Below, piece by piece: positions 13,448 through 25,851 of a DNA stretch of 64,000 nt. Source of the stretch: Octopus vulgaris (Eukaryota); NCBI GenBank assembly GCA_951406725.2, contig OX597814.1, positions 48,484,001 to 48,548,000 of the forward strand, written 5' to 3'. The notes under the pieces were generated by a model. It made no database searches. It was not told where the DNA came from and was given only the letters and a program-made list of their open reading frames with translations. Position 1 is the stretch's first letter, and each line of letters starts with the position of its first letter. The position numbers and the translations under genes are program-made.

Positions 13448-13940
13448 GACTTGTAGGGACATGGTATTTTGTTATGCAACCATAATATGCTACAAAGTAT
13501 TTTAAACGTTTTTATAAGTCAATACCATGTACTACTGTGTTAGCAGTGCACTTAAATCATGTGTTAAGGTCATCTGTACAGATTTTCTATATAAATTAAA
13601 GCCAGCATTGATTTTATTATGATGCTTTGTGTCCAAGACGTCAGATGTAAGCAAAAAAGGGGTGATGGGTGTATATGCCATATTTTGGGAGTTTTTGCTC
13701 CTTCATCAGCACCCATCCAACCCATTAATCATCCACAAACTTATTGCTTAAATAACCACTACATACTGCAGTGTACTGTGATTGGATATACTAATTTACA
13801 TACTAAACACATTCCTGGAAGCTGGTATGTAAATATCTATGACTTGTAGGCACACAGTATTTCATTATGCAACCGTAATATGCTGCAAAGTATGTTAAAC
13901 ATTTTTATAAGTCAATACCACGTACTTCTGTGTTAGCAGT
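13448..13940 (-). mobile_element. Terminally redundant 393-nt unit with hammerhead motif (retrozyme-like or Penelope pLTR-like)
   Basis: 100-bp direct repeats at 13448-13547 and 13841-13940 (89/100 identical by my count, no gaps), with a hammerhead motif between them. Confidence 0.65.
13664..13717 (-). ncRNA. Type I hammerhead ribozyme motif, probably inactivated (G12>A)
   Basis: Minus strand: GATGGGTG-CTGATGA-A-GGAG caaaaa CTCC-C-AAAA-TATG g CATA-T-A-CACCCATC. This gives an 8-bp stem I, the CUGANGA core, a 4-bp stem II, AAAA in place of GAAA, a short palindromic stem III and an AUA triplet. Confidence 0.7.
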
Positions 13941-14597
13941 ATAATAATTTGTTGTAGAATTATTGACCTTGAATTACATGTGTGTGCATATGTATGTGCA
14001 AAAATTTAATTTGTTTTATCTCAAACGTTGTCCTTTTCCTTGAATAGGCTGAGAATGATAAATAAATATGTAACAATCTCTTTATATTGATAATTTAGGT
14101 GTCATAGTTATCTTTGTGACCATTATACATAAATCCCCAGAATCAAAGTGCTATGTTATAAAAATATCTATAATTGCATTATGATTACTTTCATAAGCTC
14201 AGAATATATTATTGATGTTGGAAAAGTAGTACAATTTCTTTTCTTTTAATATCAGTTGAAATGAACTTGTTTATTTCTTCTTTTTCTTTTGTTCTACTGT
14301 TGAAAAAAAAACCCTTTATAACTTTACAATACATTTTGAAATTAGAAAACATATTATGATTTAAGAATTACCTTAATATTTACATCTTTTCTTATTTGAC
14401 TTTTGTTCTAATCTATTAAATTACTTTTCAATTCAATATCCATTTCCAAGGAAATTATTATTACCCTTCCTTTTTTTATATTTCAATTAGATTTGTTTTA
14501 CCTGACACTAAATATTAATGTATCTGGTGTTCCTGTTCTCTACAACAATCTGGTCATAACCTTTTGGCTTTATTTAATAGTGTATATATAGTGTATA

Positions 14598-14756
14598 GGC
14601 ACAGGAGTGGCTGTGTGTTAAGCAGCTTGCTTACTAACCACTGCGTGACACTTTGGGCAAGTGTCTTCTACTATAGCTCTGGGCCAACCAAAGCCTTGTG
14701 AGTGGATTCTGTAGACAGTAACTGAAAGAAGCCCATCGTATATATACATATATATA

Positions 14757-14795
<39 letters not shown>

Positions 14796-14993
14796 TTGTT
14801 CCCCCCACCATCACTTGACAACTGATGCTGGTGTGTTTACGTCCCTGTAACTTAGCAGTTCAGCAAAAGGGACTGATAGAATAAGTACTAGGCTTCCAAA
14901 GAATAAATCCTGAGGTCAATTTGTTCGACCAAAGGCATTGCTCCAGCATGGCTGCAGTCAGATGACTGAAACCAAAAAGAAAAAAATAAGAAT
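14598..14993 (+). mobile_element. SINE family A with B-box deletion
   Basis: Same family as 90-504 but lacks the ATGGTT...GTTCAGTCCCAC segment. Confidence 0.9.
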
Positions 14994-16421
14994 ATGTATA
15001 TATGTATATATATATATACTATTATAAGTACTTACAACAAAACTTTTGAATTTTTTTAGTATATTTCAAATTAGTGCACCATAGTGTTTAAATCAAGAAC
15101 AAAATCAAAACAGTTTTAATATATATTCAGTACATTACAATTTATTAAATTTCTAAAAGAAGGGTGAGATTTTCTTTAAAAAACTAATATGTAATTTTTT
15201 TTCTTAGTTTAAAATTTACATTTAATTTAGATAATATTTTCCAGAATGTTTGATCACTCTAGCGCTTAAAGGTACACAAAAATATGTACTGCTTCTCTGC
15301 AATAGTCAGTATTTGATTTTAGAATAAACAGATTGACTATAGGTAGGTAGTTGTTATTAACAAGATACTGCAGGATTTTCTGTGCACAAGTTCCAGAGTT
15401 GAACTTGATTTTGTTTCACTAAATCATCATCATTGTCTAGTAATTGATTGCATGTCAGTTTTCGTTTATAATTGCTTATGTTATTCTATTCTACTTCATT
15501 GTTAATATTTATGGTTTGCACTAATGATGACTGTGTCTTTGAGAGCTTATATTGTTTTACTGCTAGGTTAAATGTAAAATATTTGAGTCATCTGACATAA
15601 TGCCAATGTTATAGTCAAAATTGTATATCACAATTTTTCGTAATCTAGTGTTTGTATCATAACAGTAGTTGCAGAAGCAGCTTCAAATTTCAATCCATTT
15701 TGAGTTGAAGGTATTGAGGCCCACTACCACATTGTTATTTTCGTGTCCATTTTTCCATGATAGTATATTGTTGTTTAGACTCCAAATCAATTCCTCTCAA
15801 GGCGATCTATGATCAAAGTCATTCTAACCACGACCTTCCCCCATTTTTGTCAGACACTATGTATCTAGGACAACAAAATGCTATCTTTTGTAATATTTTT
15901 ATTATGGTAGAGTGTGATTTCAGAGTGCTATTTCTAGCAGGTAGATTAATTGCATAAAAAATCACGTGAAATAGGTTCTCAATATAGAATCTCACTGCCT
16001 ATACCAATTCAATGTTATTATGTCTATGAGGTTTAACTTTCTGATTTCTAATCTGAACTTTTAAGTATTCTTTGTCTTACTTCTCCATCATTAACTTTGG
16101 CTAATTTTTACCTATCATTAACTAATCATAGAAGATGATTCATATTGCGTCAAAATTTTGTTTTGTATGTATGTATATGTGTGTGTACATACATCTATGT
16201 ATGTGTGTAAGTGTGTGTGAACACGCATATAATAAATCCTTTTAGCAGTAGAACTAGAAGTAGATGAAGCTATAGATAATAGCATGTTGAATACGGGTTA
16301 AAAATAATCCTTAGCTGGAAGAAGTTAAAGCCTTCAACTTTCTTCATTCAAGGGGTTTTTTTAAACCAAATATTCTACATGCTATTATTTATATTATTTA
16401 TAGCTTTATCTACTTATGAGT

Positions 16422-17719
16422 TCATCATCATCATCATCGTTTAATGTCCGTCTTCTATGCTAGCATGGATTGAACGGTTCAACCGGGGTCTGGGAAGCCA
16501 GGAGGCTGCACCAGACTACAGTCTGATCAGGCAGTGTTTCTACAGCTGGATGCCCTTCCTAATGCCAACCACTCCGTGAGTGTAGTGGGTGCTTTTTATG
16601 TGCCAGGGGAGGCTGGCAATGGCCACGATTGGTTGGTGCTTTTTACATGCCACTGGCATGGAAGCCAGTCAAGATGGTGCTGGCATCGGTCACGTTTGGG
16701 TGGTGCTTTTTACGTGCCACCGGCACAGGTATCACAATTACAATTTCCATTTGATTTTTATTTTGATGTTGATGTACTTGACTCAATAGGTTTCCTCAAG
16801 CACGGCAGGTCGCCCTACGATCCAAGGTAAGCACAGCAGGCCATCCTGTGATCCAAGATACTTTGGGTGGACTGGGGCTGCTATGTGAAGCTGGTGCAGG
16901 AAACAGCCATGAACTCATGTTATTTGTCGGGTCTTACTTGGTCTTTCGTCATTGCCTCTGTGAGGCCCAGTGTTCGATGGTCATGCTTGACCACCTCATC
17001 CCATGTCTTCCTGGGTCTACCTCTACCTCAGATTCCTTTAACTGTTTGGGAGTGGCACGTCTTCACACATCTCTCCTCATCCATCCGTAGTACATGACCA
17101 TACCAGCGCAAACGTCTCTCTTGCATGCCACATCCGATGCTTCTTATGTCCAGCATTTCTCTCAGGGCATTTACACTCAGTTGTGTGTGCACACTGACAG
17201 TACACATCCAGCAGATCATGCTAGCTTCATTTCTTTCAAGCCTACGCATGTCCTTTGCAGTCACAGCCCATGTTTCACTGCTGTGAAGCATGGCAGTTTG
17301 CACATATGTGTCGTACAATCTACCTTTCACTCTGAGCGAAAGACACTTTGTCGCCATTAGGGGAAGAAGCTTTCTAAACTTTGCCCAGGCTATTCTTATT
17401 CTAGTGGTGACACTCCCTGAGCATCCGCCTCCACTACTAACTTGGTCACCTAGGTTGCGGAAACTATCAACTACTTCTAGTTTCTTCCCCTGGAGTGTGA
17501 TTGAATCTGTTTTATGAGTATCTGTGGTATCTATTGCCTTGTACATCTGCCACACACGAAAGCTATCTTCTCGGTTAATTTCCCTTTGATGTTGCTGCAC
17601 CTCTTATGCATTCATAGCTTACACTGAGTACATCTTATGGAGCTTCTACCTACACCTTTTCTACAGATCGAGCAGGGTCACATACCTGAGTGGGTGTGTG
17701 ATGAGTTTGCCTTCCTACT
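16422..17719 (-). mobile_element. 5'-truncated RTE-clade LINE (family RTE-A): PHD-like finger, RT C-terminus, 3'UTR, (ATG)n tail
   Basis: Translation ...FRNLGD...RIRIAWAKF...MLHSSETW...RRLRWYGHVLRM...GRPRKTW with stops and a frameshift; (CAT)n on the + strand. Confidence 0.93.
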
Positions 17720-17811
17720 TCAATTAAAAACAATTTATTTCTTATCTCTTATCAGAAATATAAAGTAAATTGCATTCAACAATGGAACTATAAATTCTCA
17801 TGACATAAACA

Positions 17812-17951
17812 GCATATATATAGATATATACATACATACATACATATATATAGATATATACATACATACATACATATATATAGATATATACATACATACA
17901 TACATACATATATATAGATATATACATACATACATACATATATATAGATAT

Positions 17952-18000
<49 letters not shown>
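17812..18000. repeat. Compound TA/TACA microsatellite with about 30-bp higher-order unit
   Basis: TATATATAGATATATACATACATACATACA-like unit about five times, then (TA)n. Confidence 0.9.
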
Positions 18001-18003
<3 letters not shown>

Positions 18004-18121
18004 ATATTATCAGCCACATATACATAACGTACATGGATCGTGCATTTGCCAGTAGGCTGCGATTTGGTGGTTGCTTTTTCAAAGTGCCAGGTGTCAAAGC
18101 ACCTGAAAGTCATGGACTGTG

Positions 18122-18155
<34 letters not shown>

Positions 18156-18161
18156 TATATA

Positions 18162-19400
18162 CAGGGGTTGGACAAAATAATGGAAACACCTTAAAATTTC
18201 AAACAAATTTATTTTGATATGGGGTAGGACTGCCTTTGGCAGTAATTACAGCTTGAATTCTATGAGGTATAGACTCATACAAAGTTTGAATTGTTTCCAA
18301 AGGAATTTTTATCCATTCTTCTGCTAAAACAGTCTCCAGTTCTTGTACTGATGATGGTAGAGGATATCGACTCCTTACTTGTTTTTCTAAAATACACCAT
18401 AAATGTTCAATAATATTATTGAGTTCTGGGGACTGTGGTGGCCAGATAAGATGTTCAACTCGACCAGAATGTCCCTCGTGTCATTCAGTTACAACTTTAG
18501 CTGTGAGAATTGGTGCATTATCATCCTGAAAGACTGTGTTTCCCTCCGCAACCATAGGATAAATTTGATCAGATAAAATGCTTAAACAGTTTTGACTATT
18601 AATTCTGCCATGATGGGAAACCATTGGACCGGCTGATTTCCAAGATGTAGTCCCCCAGATCATCACAGATCCTCCTCCATGTTTATCAACTGGAAGAAGG
18701 CAGTCTAGGTCAAATGCTTGTTTTGGCTGGTGGTTGGAAATAGGATAAAGGATGAGCTGTCTGAGAAAATATCATTCTTCCACTGCTCTAGAAACCAATT
18801 CTGTAGGTTTTTACTCTACTCTAAATGCCTTGCAATGTTTGTTTTTAAAAGTAGTGGTTTTCTGATTGCAGCCCTCCAGTGAAATCCAGTTTTGTGCAGC
18901 TCCCAGCGAGCAGTTTTTTGTGGAAACTGGGCTCACAAGGTTGTCATTAAGCTCTTCAATAATTTTGGGAGCTGTACTTTTGTGATCCTTTCTAACAATT
19001 TGTATAAGAGTCCGATAGTTCCTCCCTGAAAGTTTTGGTTTTCTTCCAGAGTTTTATTTCGATGAGGAGGTTTTTCCCTGTTTCTCAAACGCTGTCATTA
19101 CTTTCGAGTACTTCATGATTTACCAAACATTTCAGCTGTTTTCATTACCCTAGCACCTGTCATACGAGCACCAACAATTTGACCTCTTTAAAAGTCTGAT
19201 AGAGCTGTCATTTTACTGAGTTTTAATTACCTTTTTCTGATGATATCTGAAAAGAAACAGCAATTTTAGCTAAACATATTAAGCAACACTAATAATAAAT
19301 TTAAAAAAAAACATAAAGATAAACAAGCTTTTGATGGTTTTATAGATATTTCTATAATGATGATGTTATGATGCTAGGTGTTTCCATTATTTTGTCCAAC

Positions 19401-19405
<5 letters not shown>
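18162..19405 (-). mobile_element. Tc1-like DNA transposon, DD36E/Incomer-type, defective transposase
   Basis: 30-bp TIR CAGGGGTTGGACAAAATAATGGAAACACCT at both ends (terminal base changed on the right), TA flanks. ATG at 19211 gives MTALSDF*RGQIVGARM...KHGGGSVMIWG...FQDDNAP...WPPQSPELNNIIEHLW, with stops. Confidence 0.95.
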
Positions 19406-19435
<30 letters not shown>

Positions 19436-21778
19436 TAAAATATTGATGTTGGCAGAATAAACTAGATTCAGCTCAGCAGACTCTTAAGGCAGGAAGTTTA
19501 GAGTAAACCAAGCATGAAGTTTCAATTTCTCACTGAAGCCATTTCACTTCTAACAGAACCATTTACTAATTAGTTTTCAAAAATATATGAGTGTCATAAC
19601 TTGCCATTTCTTTTTCAAGCTTTGTGCTTGTGTAAGAAACCATTATAAGGCTGTAGCATTTTAAATGATATACAGTGGTTATTTTTTCTGTTTTCCCTTT
19701 CCTGCTTGTTTTAGATTTATACTTTATACTTTGGATATCCTGCATTAATGACTGTTTGAACATGGACTGTCACCTGAATTTTATAAAAATGGTTTTATGT
19801 AGCTGAATTGTTTATTACTATAGCTCGAAGTTTATTCATGACTAGCTTATTGATATTTAAGCAATCAAAACTGATTTTCTTCTCTTATTACTTATGTCTT
19901 TCAGAAATATCTTGTATACACCTGAAATCTTCCTTATAAATACCTAATACATCTAAATTATTGCAATTATAGACAATTATTTTATGGAAATATTTTATCA
20001 GTGCATTTTCTAAAATATAATTTTGAAATTGGGAAGGCTAGCATTAATTGCTTACTTCAAGAAAAGAAGACAAGACAATGTGTACGGTGTTGTAGAAAAA
20101 ACAGTTGGCTGTGATAATATTCATTACTTTGGTAAGAGCTCGTTAAAGCTGAAAAGTAAATACTCTAAACCAACATCAATTCTGACAAATGAATTCAATT
20201 AATCCAACATTAATTGATGTTTAATTCAATATCTTTCTTTGTATTACTTTGAACGCAAATGTTTTCAAAAATACAATTGGGATTATTGTATAAATAAAAA
20301 ATTTTAATTTAATTTTTCAAAAATTAGATACCTTTATTTTTGATATATTAATTAGAGTATTTTTGTTCAGTTTGAAAAGTATTGAAACAATATATAGAAT
20401 ATTCCTGATAGTGTCAAGAATATTTACTTTATTCTTAATTATTATTTCAAATTTACACACACATTCTTAATAATATTACAAAACTATATGATACCATCTA
20501 CCATTAATATTTAGAATGAAGGCTGTTTTGAGTCCGTAGAATATTTTTATATTCAATGTTTTATATTAGATAAAACATAGATATCTGAATACATGATGAC
20601 TGCCTGTCTTGCTTCTTTAGAGATTGAAACTAGGCAAAAGTCAAGCGTTTATCATATTTATATATTTTCCATTTGCCTCTTTGATCCATTGCATCACCAG
20701 CTTTTTAATCTCCCATTTAAAATTCATATATATATATATATATATTTTCTGAAGAAAATGTAAGCAGTGTTTTTTATTATTTCTCTTTTACCATTGGCTG
20801 AAGTGAATTGGATAATACAGAAATGTTCACTCCATTAAGAAAACATCACACCTTTGTTTATTCATCAAAAAGATGGCTACCTTTCTTTCAGAGCAACTTT
20901 TGAAATATGGTCTAGTTGATGAGAATGATAGGCACATCACAAGGAATTATTTTTTGACATGCAGCAAGCTTCACTTAATCACACCAAAATATTTCAAAAA
21001 GCCTTTTGGTGTCTACCTAAATCAAGCTTATTAATGGACTTTGACAATTTGAAACAAATCCTTGCGTTTTATCTTTGGTGAAATATTTAAAAACATTTTG
21101 CTTTCATAGAAATAGAGTTTAATAAAAAGAAATAGTTATTCATTACATTACCTTTGGTCATTCACCACAAATCTTTCTTGACTTTTACTAATACATATCT
21201 CTGTGGATGTTGAGTTGGTTTCCGTACAATTTTAGTATCCATAATTCAGCTTAAGTCAGGAGTCATCCTGTTTGTACTGCGTTATTTTAACTATTATTAT
21301 CTAACTTTTTCTTTGTTCATTTAGATAATTTTCTATTTATGCAATTCTGCAGCATTCTTATTTTAACACAAAAACTTCCCTGCCTGCTAAATTTTCCTTA
21401 TATATCTATATTATTCGTGGAGCTGAAAGTAAAGTTAATTTATCAAATTCTTACACCAATAAACGAAAGATGATTATCAGCAACAATTGAAAATAGTTTA
21501 TAACTGTGTGATACATCATAAATAGCAGAGAAGACATGTGTATCCTCTGAGATGACTTGATTCTACCAATGAACTTAACTATTTATTGTATTTTTCAAAA
21601 ACATACTTAGGTTTAGTCCTATATACTTTTCCCTTTCTACAGTTCCCTACCTCAACCAATATTCATACAATGTGTAGCTAACAGAAGATTTCTTGTTCTT
21701 CCATTTTTAGTCCCCGAATTAATCTCCCCCTTTTTCAGCTCCAATTAATTATTAACATACCTATTTACAATTGGTTAG

Positions 21779-21892
21779 GTCCAAGTATCACCAGTTCACC
21801 CAGTGTCTACTCCAGTTCCACCACTGATGGGGCACCCTATAATTGCTACAAAATTGATTCCCAGAGTCTAAAAAGTGCGTCCCACCCCAAAG
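21779..21892 (+). CDS. Candidate cassette exon of host gene (114 nt, phase 1-1): xPSITSSPSVYSSSTTDGAPYNCYKIDSQSLKSASHPK
   Basis: TTAG| acceptor, AAG|GTAAAA donor, open frame, locally raised GC, end phase fits the next exon. The acceptor is uncertain (alternatives at 21739 and 21711). Confidence 0.5.
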
Positions 21893-23373
21893 GTAAAATT
21901 TTTTTCCAATTTCCATTGCTAAATGCATCTACTTACTGCTGATTACTTTGAAACATTAGTTATTAATATGTTTGAAAAAGGTGGAGAGAGTGAGGATAAA
22001 AGCATGTGGTATGATGTCTCTTGTCTTCACTCCTTTAGCCCAGACTCCCACCCCACCTTGTGTCTATCTATTGAAAGAAAAATAACATTAATTGATTGCT
22101 ACAGCTTTTTGACTTTGTGTCATTTATTTCCCTTTGTTCATTCTTTTCTTAATCTAGTATCACTATTAATTTGGCTTCATTAATCTGCCTTAAATTATTC
22201 AAGTAATGCATTAGATACATTAAGCTTTGAAGTATGGTGATTCTTTATATATCACTAAAAAACTAATTTGCTTTTATTCTGCTTCCCTCTGTGAGCTAAT
22301 TCTTTTAATTTTGCTTTTGAAACATATTTTTAATCAGGTGTAAAAAAAAACAAAACCCAAATTTAGATTTGTGTGACTTTAAAATACACAGCAGTGTCAG
22401 AAATACTTTCAGAATTATTTTGGTTAAAATAAGACAAAATACTTATATCTATGCAAGCATAATTTATTTATTAATAGATTTATCACTGAATAACTTTATT
22501 TTACTTTTAGTTAATGTGTATTTATGAGTGTGTTTGTGAGAGAGAAAGAGAAGGAGATAGTCAAAGAGAGAAAGAAAACTAGTGTGTGTAAATATGAAGT
22601 AATTGCATATATGCTGTATGTGTATACATGAATATACTCTATTCGCCCTACACATCTATACATCATTTTTTTTTTCTGTACTCTTTCTTCAGTTGTACCT
22701 TTGGAAAGTTGGATTTCATTAAGAATTGTTGAAAATAGTTTTGATGTTTGAGTAAAATCAATTTAAGATTATACTTCAGTTCTTGTAAGAGTCTTTATAG
22801 AAACCCCATAATTACCAAAAAGTAGTGTCCTGACATATTTCTTGTTTAGGAATGGTCTCAGTTTGGAATGGATTGTTTATTTAACTATTTTTTGTGACTG
22901 TTTTAAGAAAGGAAATTCTAAAGATTCTAATGAACTTATATTGGTATAAAATACAACAGCATCAGCCTATACGCATAATTAGCTCAACTACATTTGTACA
23001 CTTACAGATCTTCAAACAAGTACATCAATATTACCTTATATTCTCTTTAGAAATCAAGTTAAGCCAAAATTGCTTGCAACCTTATCATTTTACTTTTTAA
23101 TTACTCTATTTTTTCCTTTCTATTTTCTTTTCTTTTCTTATTTTTTCTGTTATATTCATTTGCTATAAACTATTATTTTTACTTAGGTTTCTGTAAAAAT
23201 TCTCACTATATCACTTTTTCTTTTATATTTTATTTTCTGTTATTTAATCTGTTTTATTATTTTTTATCCCCCCACCACCGCTTCTTTTGTTTTGTTAATT
23301 CTTCTCTTTCTAATTTAACATTTTTATTCATTTGTTTTTATATTCTACTGATAAATAAATATATTTCTTGTAG

Positions 23374-23400
23374 ACGCTTGGTCCCAATTTCAAATTCCAG
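23374..23400 (+). CDS. 27-nt microexon of host gene (phase 1-1): (D)AWSQFQIP
   Basis: About 270-nt T-rich tract, TTTCTTGTAG| acceptor, consensus CAG|GTAAGT donor, length divisible by 3; the final G completes GCT with the 41867 exon. Confidence 0.75.
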
Positions 23401-25292
23401 GTAAGTTGATGTTTCGCAATTTTCCCAGTTAGGATTTATCTTTGGAAATGTGAAGCTGTCCAGTAGCACCGACATTAATAGTATTTTTAATAAAATAGCT
23501 CAAGATTATTCAACATTTGAAAATATTTGCATAATAATAATAAACCTTGCTCAACAAGGCTGTTGATTATTTTTACATTCAAACTGATTCTTTTACTAAA
23601 AATGTGATGTAATTAACACATGATCCACTACACTTCCTAAAGACTAATTGTTCTTCATAATTATTCCAGTTCTTCCTCTCTGCATCTTATAAGTGTAATG
23701 TTAAGAAATAAGATTTTCTTACTTCTCTTGCTATTTTCTGCTGCAGTTTGGCAAGATTTCTTATCATAGTTGATTGCTTGGATATATTTTACACTTCTTA
23801 TTCTTAATATATTATAAAGGAGATTTTATATTTTCCTGTGTTTAACTATATCGAATAGATTTGTGGTTGGTCTCCTCTAAACACACACACACATGCACAC
23901 TCATACACACACTTTCTTTCTCCATATATGTGTGTGTGTATTCTTATTTCCTTGTGTATTTATTCTTGCATGCATATTAGATTACGTTATTTGAGAGTCT
24001 TAAGGACTCTATCTTTTACATAGTGACACATTGAAAGTTGTATTGGAAAATGTGTGTGTTTGCGTATGTATATATGTATGTGTATTTGTGTGTATTTACA
24101 TGCACATACACATGTGCACACAAATTCACCCATACACACACATGCACATGCATGTGCACACAAACCATTTGTGCTTTGCTGAACCAAATGCTGGTGTGGT
24201 CATCTGGGTTATCCAAATAGACTTCCTTTAACACAATTTGTTATCATTAGGTTTTGAGTTATAATTAAAAGTTGCTGCGTGGAATAATTTTAACTAAACC
24301 TTAACTTTGTTGGTTTTCTTAAAGAACTGCTCTGTATTTTTGCATGCTGAACAATTTCTAAATATCTCTATTAGCGGAAGTGAAATCTAAAGAGATGTTG
24401 TCTTTGTTTTATCATGAATGTGACATGTCTGTGAATTAAAGATGTGAAAACTTCTCAAGAAATATCAGTTATAATCATGTAACAAAAATACAGCTGTGAT
24501 TAAGAGATAGTGCTTTTAGTAGTTCCTAAATCCAGACAGTGTAAGTTCAGGTTTTAGGATTATCTTTTGCTCAAAATAACTGAGAAAAGAACAGTTATCT
24601 GATATTGAATGTGTCAGTGGAGTAGAATTTTTGAAGATTATACTAATGATAGGCTCTTGAATAAGAAAGCTTTTGGAAATTTCCTAGTTGTGAAAATAGT
24701 CTATTAATACTTGAGAATATAATGTCTCATGTTTCAAGTTATTTAGCATCAACCCTGCTCTGATTGAACTGTCTTGTGATCAAAGAGGTTCCAGCTGTGG
24801 CCAAGCTGTCTTGCGATAAAGCATATCCAGTTCTGTTGTTATATATTGAGTTCTATTTTTTTTAAAGATGCTTGGATGTGATTTTGAGGGAAATTTGACT
24901 GCTATTTCTTGTGAGTTCAGTAACCATACAGAAGCCATATCATTGACTTGTGTGATTGAAGGTTGTTAATCAAAGAAAGTCTACATGAGTGGCACAGAAT
25001 AAGTTACAACTGATAGCTAAGTTTTTTTTCATTTTGAAAATCTTGCAAACAGCTTTACATTTAATGGACTTACTGTGATCAAAACAGCTTTACATTTGCA
25101 AGTCTTGCAGTGATCAAAACAGCCTGCCATTTGCTGCAGATATCTGAAGTTGCATAACTTATCGAATATATACTTTATGTAAAATGATATTAAATACAGT
25201 ATACAGTTTTGAAGCTGTGTGTGTGTGTGTTTTGTGAAGTAAACAGAAAAATAGATCTCAAAAGATGAGTATATACATACATATTACATATA

Positions 25293-25385
25293 TGGGCAAG
25301 TGTCTTCTACTATAGCCTCGGGCCGAACAAAGCCTTCTGAGTGGATTTGGTAGACGGAAACTGAAAGAAGCCCATCATATATATG

Positions 25386-25466
<81 letters not shown>

Positions 25467-25680
25467 ATATGTTTGTGTGTCTGTGTTTGTCTTCCCAACA
25501 TCACTTGACAACCGATGCTGGTGTGTTTACGTCCCCGTAACTTAGCAGTTTGGCAAAAGAGACCGATAGTATAAGTACTAGGCTTACAAATAATAAGTCC
25601 TGGGGTCGATTTGGTCGACTAAAGGTGGTGCTCCAGCATGGATGCAGTCAAATGACTGAAACAAGTAAAAGCGTAAAGAG
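25293..25680 (+). mobile_element. 5'-truncated SINE family A
   Basis: Starts at GGGCAAGTGTCTTC; long internal (TA)n; intact 3' tail. Confidence 0.92.
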
Positions 25681-25811
25681 TGTGTATGTATATATATATA
25701 TATATATGTATATATTGTTATTAACTGGCAAAAGTTACAGAATAATTCAAGTTTGGTTCATTCCATTGCATGAAACTCTCAGCCATTGAGTCATTCTGTA
25801 ACTTCTGCTGA

Positions 25812-25851
<40 letters not shown>

